Under the pieces are notes generated by a model. That model saw only the letters and a list, made by a program, of their open reading frames with translations. It had not been told where the DNA came from and made no database searches. DNA of 64,000 nucleotides from Antedon mediterranea (taxonomy: Eukaryota; Animalia; Echinodermata): the NCBI RefSeq assembly GCF_964355755.1, contig NC_092676.1, positions 15,270,871-15,334,870 of the forward strand. Direction: 5' to 3'. Every line of letters begins with the position of its first letter. Positions within the stretch are counted from its first letter, which is position 1. Positions 53,148 through 64,000 of the stretch are shown here, piece by piece. The translations under genes and the position numbers were made by a program.

Positions 53148-53489
53148 TTAGTGTCCGTCGATTCAATTATAGGACATTATGGTCTTTCCACATGAAGATT
53201 GGATTATGGCAACTTTATTGATATTGAACCTAGTTTCGAGTCTATAATTATCTGTTTCACTGTCCGTCCATCCTTTTGTTTTTTAATTTTCATATTTCTG
53301 AACAAGGTTGCAGGTTTATCTTCATCTTTTCATACGGAAAATTATGTGTTATGTCTTACGGTTACACAATATAGATGGCCGGACGGGCACTCAGACAGAC
53401 AGACAGAGGATTAATAGGAAAAATAGGCTGATATGTTTTAAGTTTAATTTAGTAAGTAGCCTAAAAAGATTTAACATTTTCTACAGTTT

Positions 53490-53757
53490 TGCGTTAGTGG
53501 TTAAACTGTTGTTATGTTTGTGGTTAAACTGTTATTACGTTTGTGGTTAAACTGTTGTTACGTTTGTGGTTAAACTGTTGTTACGTTTGTGGTTAAACTG
53601 TTGTTACGTTTGTGGTTAAACTTTTGTTACGTTTGTGCTTAAACTGTTGTTACGTTTGTGGTTAAACTGTTGTTACGTTTGTGGTTAAACTGTTGTTACG
53701 TTTGTGGTTAAACTTTTGTTACGTTTGTGCTTAAACTGTTGTTACGTTTGTGGTTAA
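53490..53757. repeat. 23-bp minisatellite, ~11-12 copies
   Basis: Unit GTGGTTAAACTGTTGTTACGTTT. Confidence 0.93.
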
Positions 53758-56480
53758 TGAAATTGTTACATTAGTTGTTGGTTTTTGTTACGTTAGTGGT
53801 TAATGTTACTTCATTGTTGTTAGTGGTTAATGTTACAAGTGATAAAATCGTGAAAGATTGGCTAATTTGTCGCACATCCGTCACGGAAGTATATTACTGT
53901 AATTTGTGGGTTTGTTTTTCTTATCATAACAAACAGCAACAATTAAATCATAAAAACTGATAAAATACTTTTATTTCAACTTTTGAATTTGTTGAATTAT
54001 AGATATATATTGAATAGATATATTATAATTATATGATATCAACATTCATAAAAAATATTGAATTAAACAAAATAGACAATTTTACATCAAAGAAGAACAG
54101 GCAAAACATATGCCAGGGAAAAATACGACTTATACCCTACCACTTGAAAAAGACCAAAGTTTAAAATGACATTTTTGGATCGTTCCGTTTTTACTTTTGG
54201 AAGGCAAAAGCCTTTAACTTGTCTCAAATTGTAAATAGATTTAGGCGTTTTGGCAAAAGATGGTGTAGTCTATGAGAAGGGTCTTTAAGTTTCTGAAAGT
54301 CCTTGAGTGCATAGGCACAGTAGAGAATTAAATATATATATATATTATAATGTTATATTTATGTATTTGTTTTTCTTAATTTTTGGATGAATAAAGAAAG
54401 AAATCACAGTACACTGATCAATTGTTTTTTTAACTGAGCTCCGTGAACGTGATCCTAAGCGCTCTACCTGGGATACTTTCCAGTGGGTCAGACTGCAATT
54501 TAGTCAAGCACATTCACCAAACGGAGACGGCGTATTCTAAAACAGTCCTGATAACACAACACAACACAACAATAGAAAAAATAACTTAAGGCCTAGGCCT
54601 AAATCAGACCAGAACGGCGCAATAGAATTATTCTAAAAACTATGTATATATTGCCATGTGAATTAAATATTGTATTAAAAGACACGTTTTGTATGATGTT
54701 GCTATCACTTACAAACTAAGAAAACAGTGTAGGCCTATGTCAATACCAAATTGTTTCCATGACATCACTGGTGATTAGAGAGATTTCGTGTGTGATTTAG
54801 CAGGGCGTTTGTTTGTGTACAAATTTTACAGATACGAAAAACAAACATGCATGAATATAGTATGATACCCTTAGAAACCAATTTATCTAAATGAATATTA
54901 TTATCTGGTAGTAAATCATTAATTTGTTCCCGCCTTTTACAACAAGTAAATATGACTGGTTGTCATTGGTCACGTAAGAATTACGTGGCATTTATATACC
55001 ACAACATCGTAACAATTATAATATTATTAGATACCTATAATTTTAAATTGAACTTCTTGTAAATACAATGATACGTTTAATTATGATTGTACACACTTGT
55101 ACACACTTAGTACCTAAGTATAATAAAAGCGCACTCTTCCGTGATAAAAGTAGTTTGACAAATTATTTACAAAAAAAAAACCCAAATTGTTCTAGAATAA
55201 AATTCTGAACTATTTACGGCTATTGATTTTGTTATACGAAGTATGCCTTCACTTTGAAATAGGCCTAGGCCTATAGGCTAATCAATGAAAGCAATACTTG
55301 ATATGGGACATAACGAAAATAAGAAACGCTAAAGAAAAATCGTGCTGTGTGAATATTAATATAGGGATCGCATCAGAAAGTGAGTAAGTAATTCATTTAA
55401 AAAAAACTGGCTTTCTGTGTCATGTAAGATATTCTGATATAGATATTTTCAATTTTTCAATATTTTTTCAGGTAATGATATCAAAGAAAGATTGTCATAA
55501 ACATTTTTTTATTTCTATAAAGCATTAATATTAAATACGACGATAGTGTATTAAAAAAACATTTAACTCATCTTTTCTCTCAAAACTGTCATCCGGTATC
55601 GTCCGTAAGCATGGTCTTTATTGTACTCATTATAACAACGTGATCATTGAAATGAAAAAATACAATGCCCGTTAAAAAATGTCATGTTATAAGAAATCCT
55701 AATTAGTCCTCATTTTATCCCGGCTCTTATTCCATGTACCGAATATCTTTTATGTGCATTATATTTGAATCAAATATAGTGCACGTATTAAGTTAATTAT
55801 TGAATTATTAAATTGATATAAAAGAAAAACTTACGATTTGAAGGAAGCCTTGTCTTTAAGCTGTCGCAAGCAAGTGAATCGATGGCGTTTATTTACCAAC
55901 TAAATGACAGAACACGCCCTGAATATTCCAGTTTACATGTCAAAGTCCAACCGGAACGTTTTCCTTGTGTTGGAAACAGTTACTGTTGACTTATGAGTAC
56001 AGCTGGCCTTTTATTAAATAAGGATATATTGTTGGCCCTATTATTTCCTTTTTAGTTGTAGGTTAGTCCATAACATTGTCAACAGTTTGGAAACAAATAT
56101 TTTAGAATGTTACATCAGCTACCCTTATTAACTATTTTCAAATGTGTATTTATCTTAGGCCATATTGACGTTCATTAGTAAGAGCCTATGCCGTTTGTTC
56201 AGTTTTATCTCTCTACATGAAAACGTCATAAAGTCATAGACGTGATAACAAGTGATGGATGAAATGAATTATATATTGGCAAATTTTTTCCTTTGGTACA
56301 AAATGACAAATTATTTTTAGTCTTTTTTAGTGTTTATTCTTAAAATTCAGGAAAGTGATTCCCTAGCATGTGCGGCCCCTCAATAAACATTAGTGTGCCA
56401 AATGTAAGCACGTACCATTCAGCGGTTTCGGATCAGATACGTAAAATAACGCCAAAATGTTGTACAGTATTAATGTATAG

Positions 56481-56768
56481 ACTAGCAGTAACCCGTGCTC
56501 CACACGGTCTTTTTCTGCCTTAATATGTGGTTAAATATACTTCACATGGGAGGAGTAAGTATAATAAAAGCGCACTCTGACAAATTATTAAAATAAAAAC
56601 AAATTGTATCAAGAATAAAAATTCGGAACTGTTTACAGCCATTGATTTTGTTAAACACTATCCTGGATGTTGAACGTTAGACTTTACTTCAGACTGCCAG
56701 ACTTTACAAAAATAAAAGACGCTAAACAAATTGTGCTGTATGAATATTGTTATAGGATGCGCATCAGA
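56481..56768 (-). mobile_element. Non-autonomous Helitron-like element (related partial copy at ~55115-55377)
   Basis: The minus-strand 3' end has a CCGTG-TGGAG-CACGG hairpin followed by CTAG|T. TAAGTATAATAAAAGCGCACTCT, ATTGATTTTGTTA and CGCATCAGA are shared with 55115-55377. Confidence 0.6.
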
Positions 56769-57760
56769 GTGACAACGTGCATGAGAGGGACATGCACGTT
56801 GAACTCTGTCAATCAGTAGGAAGTTTAAACATTTCAATGATAAAATATGAATTGTTAATAGAATAGTAAAAACTAGCTGCTTACAGACTTGACATCAACA
56901 CACAAAAGTGCACATGGTGATGGTAGTCGAAATTAGATGATGCGCGCGGACACAAAGAAATTGTTTTACTTCGTGTATATTATTTGATATTTTGTTGTTA
57001 AGTGGTGAGTGCTTTGTTTTTAATGAAGCTAAAAAATAGTGATGTGTTATGCAATAAGTCACACTTAGGCCTACCTATAGATTGAATACAAAAGTGGACA
57101 TAAATCGAAGGAAAAATACATTGCTGCGGAAACACCACCTAAACATTGTTAATTTTTTTCCGTAATTTTCATGTTCAATACATTTGGATTCGTTTTGTTT
57201 GTGTGTTTATTTTTATTCCTTTACATTTTTTTTATTTCACTGGTTTTTATATTTTGCAAATTTGTTGTGTGGTTGATTTGTTACTGTTGTAATTAAACTG
57301 TGGTTTTAAATTTTTTGCTTGAAGGGGTGATAATAATAAGCATTCGTTGAGAGGTAAAGAGAATAGGACAGTTGATTTGGTATTTTTTTTGCTTCATTCC
57401 ATGAATATTTTGGATAAGCTAAAAAAAGTTTTACATTTTTTTACATTCATTTGGGGTCCGGCAGCGTTTTAAGTGATTATTTAAATGCTTGAACGTTCAG
57501 AATACTTATATTTTTCAACCAAAACAATGCATGATTTATGCACAAAAACCAACTACAGTTAGGCCTATTGTAGGCCTACACATTAAAATGTAGTAAACTC
57601 TATTAGGGGACACCTTCATAATCCAAAAAATTGTCCCCTTAAGGAAAGGTTTATGCAAAAAACAAAAATCCTAAATGTAAACTAAATAAATTGGACTGTG
57701 ATTTAGAAGAATTGAAATTTTAACCGTCTATGTTAAAGATCATAATGCGGTTTCAGTGGA

Positions 57761-58062
57761 TTGTTGTTGTTGTTGTTAGTTCATTTTTTTATACTGGGTG
57801 ACCTCTTCAGTCAAGACTGATCTCCCAGAGGGCCCAGTTGGTGATCAGTGGCTGTGATGTACTAATACACCGGGGTAACCCCCTACTCGTCTCGGAAAGT
57901 GCACACGAGCTAGTTGTGTACACTGGACCTACGGTTTATAGTCCTTATCCGAGAAGACTCGCCTACCACCAGAACCATGGAGTGAGTGAGCCTCGAACCC
58001 CTCTGCCGATGTTATGGCTAGGTATTACGGTTTCACTGTCTTAACCGCTCGGCCACTCACCC
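57761..58062 (-). mobile_element. tRNA-derived SINE, apparently full length
   Basis: A-box TGGCCGAGCGG, B-box-like GGTTCGAGGC, central TCTTCTCGGATAAGGACTATAAACCGTAGGTCC (V-domain-like) and an (AAC)n tail. Confidence 0.8.
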
Positions 58063-59347
58063 ACTGGACAGAGGCCATTTAATTTGCCTACACTTTTATG
58101 CATGTTCAAAATTGCATGATTGCATGTTATGTTAAAGCTCAGGTAGAGGCATGAATTTTAAAAATAATATTTGGTTAATTGTACATAGGCCTAAATCAAA
58201 TATTGTAACAGAAATACCAATATTTAGTCATCTGATAACATTTTTTACCACACCGTTTAGTTTTCATAGCTTTTTAAAATGACTCTCTATTTACAAAATG
58301 TGTGTACAAAAGAATAGAGATTTTACTGTGTAATTTGAACTATCCCCCCACTAATAAGAAGGTGCTTATTTCCAACAAGCTCGTGTAAGCTGTTCTTCAT
58401 TAAAGCTGTTGAAATCAACAAATTGCGATTTTATTTGGTGGATTCCTGAATACCAATTAGTGCAATAGGAATCATAATCAAAGATCCCTTCAATATTAAG
58501 GACCACTGTATTGCGGCCTCTTATCTTTACCATTAGCTGCTCCCTTCAATTAAAGAAGCTTAACTTTGTAATTGTAGTCTATACAATTTTAAAAAAATGA
58601 AGAGATCTGAAAGTGTTGTGCAATGAATAATTATCAAAGTGATGTCTCTTAATAATGTAATGGTTCTTTCCATAAGCTTAACACCCTTGTCGGTAATTTG
58701 CTGTCTATTTTTAGGTGCAGCAAGAAACAACACCCATGAAAATGTTCCGGTTCTCTGAGAAATGCATATACCTGTAGGAGAATTTGCATTATCCATAGGC
58801 TGATCCAAGGAGATTAAAAATTAGGACATAGGCCTAATGTTAAATTCAGCACTTCATTTTACAATTGTTAAGTCCTCGCAAATCCTTCCTCGCCCCAACC
58901 CAACCCCCTAAATCAAAAATCTTGGGAAGTGTGAGGACGGGGAAAAATTACTGTAAGTAGATGTACATTCGTGTGGATTCATGTTTTGTTTTAAGATTTA
59001 TGTACATTGTATGGACAAAAAATCCATTTCTCAAAAACTTGTTTTTTCCGTCAAATTGGACGCCATTTTGGCTTCTGGCATGATGATGTCATCGTCAGGT
59101 ATTTGTGTGTGTTATATAGGCCAACATTTAAGTGCCGTAAAACATTTTGCCCAAGACCATGGGAATGGGATGGGGATTTTTTTCTGACATTCTATAATAT
59201 CCACAAAAAAAAAAAAAAAAAATGTTCCTTTACTTCTTTCCCACATGTGTATATTAACTCGCTATCTGGGTGGTTGCCGTATAAAAAAAGGGCATCTGTT
59301 TCTCTTTAGAGCAAGTAAAAGAGGAGGATGCATTTGGATAACCTTAA

Positions 59348-59684
59348 AGATGTATTGTAGGGCTTACCCACCCCTGAACAAATATTTTTTTTAAATTGTA
59401 TAATAGTTATCCACAAAAATGTACCTGAAAAAATGTCATTTACAGCTAAAAATAGTCAAATTGGCTGCCAGCTAATGGGGTTTTGATTGAATTGGACCAT
59501 TTATTTTGTCATTTTATATGAGAAAACATTATTTTTGTTGTCATTTTAGGCCTATATGAGAAAACATTATTTTTGTTCGTTTTTTAACGAAAGGGATTAA
59601 TTTTATTAAAACTACAAATAACCTATTTAAATTTTGATTTAAATTAATCCTCATTTTTCATGTTTTGGTGGAGGACAATACACC
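59348..59684. mobile_element. TTAA-flanked MITE, same family as 42581-42833
   Basis: TTAA|AGATGTATTGT ... GGACAATACACC|TTAA; shared internal AATAGTCAAATTGGCTGCCAGC. Confidence 0.7.
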
Positions 59685-60185
59685 TTAAAATGTTCTCACG
59701 TCTTTGCTAGAATTAAAGAAGCTTAAATATTTTTTTTTCACTTTTCCTCGCCCTCGCACTTGGAGGAGTTGCCTATACGGATGTCCGAAACAGGGTGACC
59801 CTTAATCTGCGTCATATAATATTGTTTTACAAATATCGAAAGATGTCGGTATCTAAACCGCCCAGTGTTATAAATCTATTAATCAATTTGAAACGTAGAG
59901 ATGAGAGAAAAATTAGAAATGAAAAAAAAAACATTACGCAAGAGGGCGGCAAACTCACATAATTTGGGAGATTCCGTAATTTAATCAAGAAAAAAGTGAA
60001 ATTTAAATGTTTGCAAAAAAGGGTGCGTGACGATTCCCCTCTTTGCATGCCGGATAGATCCACGATGAGCATTAAATCAGAATGCTACAGCACACTGTCA
60101 AATGGAGCATGTAATGGATGAGGTTGTTAGTTTTTTACCAGCCTCCTTGTTAAGTACGTCTTTTTCTACCAGCGCCGGGTCGGGT

Positions 60186-61022
60186 CAAAGAATATATATC
60201 ACAAGAATGAGTATTCCGCGATTTTTGCATGAGAAATTTGTAACAGAGAGCTCCAGTGAGTGATGGCCGCCCTCATAAGGGCGGATGTATACATACTAAA
60301 TAAGACTTGATTTAATAGATATTATACATGTCACATTAAATAGAATTATGATAATAGTTTTTGCAATTGTAAACTATTTTGTAATACATATTTATTAACA
60401 AACTAGTGTACATTCACTTTTACAGACAATTATTTACTAACATGCTCAGTTAGTTCACAAAAAAGGCCTAACACAGCAACACCAAAAATCAACGAATCGT
60501 TACTCAGCACGGCCTATTCTTTACCATTGCCGTGTACTACTCTACGCCCGGTAAATTAAGTATTGTTTTTATGATATAAATTAGTATAAAATACATGTTA
60601 TTAATAGGACAAAATGTTAAATGTCATTAACATTTATTTGTTTTACCAGAAACAAGTTAAATATAGGAATATTATTAAACTATCCTTTGTGAAAACGCGT
60701 AAACACCAACACGCCCGGTCACGCTATCGTAGCGCCCGGTTGATAAAGCAAACTGTTTATAACGGCAGTTTTACTAAATAAATTGCATAAAACGAACAAT
60801 TAAATATCCAAATATTATTTAACATGATGTTGGCATGTAGTTGATAACATTTTTTATCATGAAAATACTACCGGTGGTCCAGCCTTTGATTAGTGAAACC
60901 GTCACAAAAAGTTGTATACATCCCAGATACATCCACACTTATGGCGGCGCCCTACCACATGGACAATATTACTGTTACAGGGAAAATCGCGGATTACTCA
61001 TTCTTGTGATATATATTCTTTG
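60186..61022. mobile_element. Non-autonomous P-element-like transposon, 837 bp, second copy
   Basis: GTCGGGT|CAAAGAATATATATCACAAG ... CTTGTGATATATATTCTTTG|GTCGGGT. The 7-bp TSD differs from that of the 37300 copy, so this is an independent insertion. Confidence 0.9.
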
Positions 61023-61314
61023 GTCGGGTCTACCGCACTCGCGCTCTCTATAATAATAAGGCCGAAGACAGGACTTTTCCATTTTTTAGATGGGGAATTT
61101 AATATAGACCTATTGTCTAATTGTAAAATAAATGTATTCTAGGCATATGAACTTAGTGTTCAATAAAACAAAATAAAAGTATGCTTTTGATGATAATTAA
61201 ATATATGAAGAAAATAAGTAATTTGCTTTATTAAAATAATTGATAATAACATTTTTGAATAATGGTAGTGTCTTTTGGGAACTAAAACCAATGAAGCGAG
61301 GCATTACAATGAAC

Positions 61315-61540
61315 ATGGCCGAGGGGATGGGAGCTACTGGAGGTAATAACAATACATTACATGTGAGAAAAGTGTCAGAAAATAGTGATAATGATGAAGT
61401 TTTTGATGACAATCGATCTCTAAATGTGTTGCAACCATGCATTCCACGGAAATCAAGTTTAGTCAAAAGTGGCACCCGCAGCAAGCGAAAGAAAACTGTA
61501 TCATTTTCAAGTTTCCCCGAAGAAAAACGCATTGCAAAAG
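61315..61540 (+). CDS. PLCL: First coding exon of a phospholipase C-like protein (PRIP/PLCL1/PLCL2 family); the rest lies beyond the window
   Basis: AACATGG start giving MAEG...IPRKSSLVKSGTRSKRKKTVSFSSFPEEKRIAK, then an AAG|GTAGGA donor (phase 1). It matches my recollection of the vertebrate PLCL N-terminal signature PRRSSIIK...RKKTVSFSSMPxEKKI. Upstream in-frame ATGs at 61291 and 61309 are alternatives. Confidence 0.85.
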
Positions 61541-62371
61541 GTAGGATTGGCTGATTCTATGAATATGATAGTAACATATAATATAGGCCTTCCAAGGCTG
61601 GACGAGGCCTAGCCTATAAAATATTATTATAAAGAAAGAAAGTATAGTTCTAGACCTATGCCCACTGTGTGTAGCTTTACCTATTGTCATGTAAAGTAAA
61701 ATAAGGTAGGTTAATCTTAAATCGTAAATTAATTTGTTTTATATATAAATTTAGGTTATTTATTTAGGCCTAGCTCGTCATCCAGAAAGGCCCCTCTCTC
61801 CTGTCTACGGATTCTCTCTGTCTACTTAACTAGCCAGTACTTAGTACTGCTACTGCTCGTACCACAGTAGGCAGCTGTATCCCATAGCTTTTGATGGCTA
61901 GGCCTATTTTTTTATAATTTCTTTATTTACCAGTTAGATTCAGTTTGCAAGCATTTGACAATAACGAATAGTAAAGAGTGTTTATTAAAAGTTAAGACGA
62001 TGATCTATGCTCCCTGCAATCGGACGCGTGGATCGCAGTAAACTACAATCCCTCATCGTGTAATAAAATTGCTATAGTTGACTGTACTAAGCAATGCATA
62101 TTTGTTCAGAATGTAGCATGGTTATTGTTCTTTACCTTTCATCCCAGGTTTTAGGTTCTCCTTCCTGTAAGTGATTTGTTTCCTGCTCTGCTGGTGGGTG
62201 TGCTGAACAAACAATATTCATTCTTATATAGATATTGTATAAGTCTAAAATTCAAAATTAATCAACAAACATACAGTACCCTAAACTAGCATTGGTATGG
62301 TAGTCAATCATTCATTTCGGTTGTCATACTGTATAGTTGAAGGAAAATCTGACATTCGCCTTTTCCATTTA

Positions 62372-62775
62372 CAGTTGAACCTTCATTTTACGTACGGTAC
62401 GAGACCAAAAGGCGTACGTAAAAGCTAATTAGCCTAGACTAATCTAGGCCAGGTTAGGCCTATCTAGATGTGAGGCCTAGCTGTGATGCTTAACTGGAAA
62501 AGTATGCAGGCTGTGCGATGTTTAAATAAAGTTTTATAATTAAAAACCAATGTTCTTGTATTTTCTATCAATAAAAACAGTCACTGCTGTAGGGGGAATG
62601 CACCCGTGTGGCTTGTCTCACAGCCTTGGCTTTGTGGTTAGATTGTGCCCTCAATGTAAAAAAATAACACTATTTATGTAATAAATTACTAAAAATGATG
62701 ACGTCGTCAGTCATTTTATGCGTACGTAAAATCAGGGTACGTAAAATCAGGGTACGTAAAACATGGATTCTACTG
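62372..62775. mobile_element. Tc1/mariner-pogo-type MITE
   Basis: TA|CAGTTGAACCTTCATTTTACGTAC ... GTACGTAAAACATGGATTCTACTG|TA. Confidence 0.7.
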
Positions 62776-62780
62776 TATAG

Positions 62781-62842
62781 TTATTTACTGTTCATTTATT
62801 TACTGTTCATTTATTTACTGTTCATTTATTTACTGTTCATTT
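62781..62842. repeat. 16-bp tandem repeat, ~4 copies
   Basis: TTATTTACTGTTCATT repeated. Confidence 0.85.
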
Positions 62843-62912
62843 GTTAGTGAAATTTGGAAAAATTAAATTAGACAGGTGCACCAAATTACTTAAATAATCA
62901 ACAGTATGCATA

Positions 62913-63709
62913 CACGGTAAACAGACGATCAGGGCCAAGGATGATCGGGCCCATTTTGTTATGTGCCCTATCGTCTTATACGTTTGTTCCGATCGTCTTA
63001 GGCGTTGGGCCTGATAGTCTTAACCGTTGGGCCCGATAGTCTTAACATTGGGCCCGATAAACTAATAACAATATTTTATAGACAATGCGGTGCAGAACAG
63101 GAAGCCAATGTAATTCTTTAACATTGGGCCCCGATAGCCAAGTGTATCGTTTGTTAATCTGTTCCATTATATTTTATAATTGAGTTATTGGCAAACAATG
63201 TTTATGTATAATATTAATGGTAGCCATTACAGTACATGCGATTAAAAAAGATATGATAGAAAATTATTAGATTATACATAAAGGTGACGTAAGGTAAAAA
63301 AACTCATTTTGTCATTTGGTAACTGTATCTGTGTCTACTATTGCAATTGTTGGCAGAGATTTTTTTAGCCTAAATGAATTATTTATTTATTATTATATAT
63401 TATTTTCTAGTGTTTGGTATAGAAAAAAAGTCTCCTTAATAGGGTAATCATAATATAATAATATTTTATGGTTAACAATTATAAATCCAATTCGTTTTCG
63501 TGGACCGGATCGTCTTCCCTTTATTTTTATAATGGGCCCGATCGTCTAATTATATTGGGCCCGAATGTCCTGGTCCAAACAGTTGAGCCCGAACATCCAC
63601 ACAAAGTTGGGCCTAAACGTCTGCACACGTTAGTACCCGATTGTCTTTAGAAAAACCAGATCGTCTGGCCCTGATCATCCATGATCATCCTGATAGTCTG
63701 TCAATTGTG
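62913..63709. mobile_element. Non-autonomous DNA transposon with CAC...GTG ends and subterminal repeats (CMC/EnSpm-like)
   Basis: TA|CACGGTAAACAGACGATCAGG ... CCTGATAGTCTGTCAATTGTG|TA; repeated TTGGGCCCGAT motifs near both ends. Confidence 0.65.
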
Positions 63710-64000
63710 TATACAATAATAGTAATTTAGCATCTTCTTGGTCCAAGCATAGCAAGTACTAATTATTACTTTAGCCTCCCCCTAAAATTTAATAGCCATG
63801 TCTTTTTAAAATAAAAAAATGACTATTTGTATTTTTCTGCAACCTGATCGTTTTTTTATATCATTTTTGAAATGTTTAGCCCCTCCTAATCTATTATAAT
63901 ATAATGCTGGATCATCCACCCCTGTCTATTATCAACAGGACAATTAGACTCCTAAAAAGTTGTTCTGAATTGTAAAAGTTGTCCTTGGGACATATTTATC

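Noticed and set aside
57985-58062. tRNA gene
   Set aside because: A and B boxes are present, but there is no closed cloverleaf and the sequence continues into a SINE body and tail.
61197-61690. Minus-strand ORFs at the PLCL exon
   Set aside because: Antisense shadows of the plus-strand exon, which carries the recognisable family motif and a splice donor.

Overview
AT-rich animal genomic DNA with GT-AG introns and no prokaryotic features. The many TAGGCCTA/CTAG patches suggest an echinoderm-like invertebrate, but this is inference. Bases 1769-23591 are about four tandem copies of a ~5-kb unit. Each copy carries a 42-bp and a 47-bp minisatellite plus small phase-1 exons of a minus-strand gene for a predicted single-pass (type III) membrane protein. 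The duplication therefore multiplies a 72-aa cytoplasmic module containing an ETDPLL dileucine motif, all in frame. A 958-bp tandem repeat interrupts the leftmost copy. Further right lie a decayed L2-type LINE with a second LINE fragment nested in it, a two-TM proline/tyrosine-rich orphan gene, two intact tandem tetraspanin genes (minus strand) and the first coding exon of a PLC-like (PRIP/PLCL) gene (plus strand). Non-autonomous DNA transposons are abundant. They include two self-nested pairs of a Harbinger-type element, two near-identical P-type elements at gene 5' ends, and a foldback element whose target-site duplication overlaps a splice donor. All gene models were derived by hand from splice signals and frame continuity, without transcript or database support.
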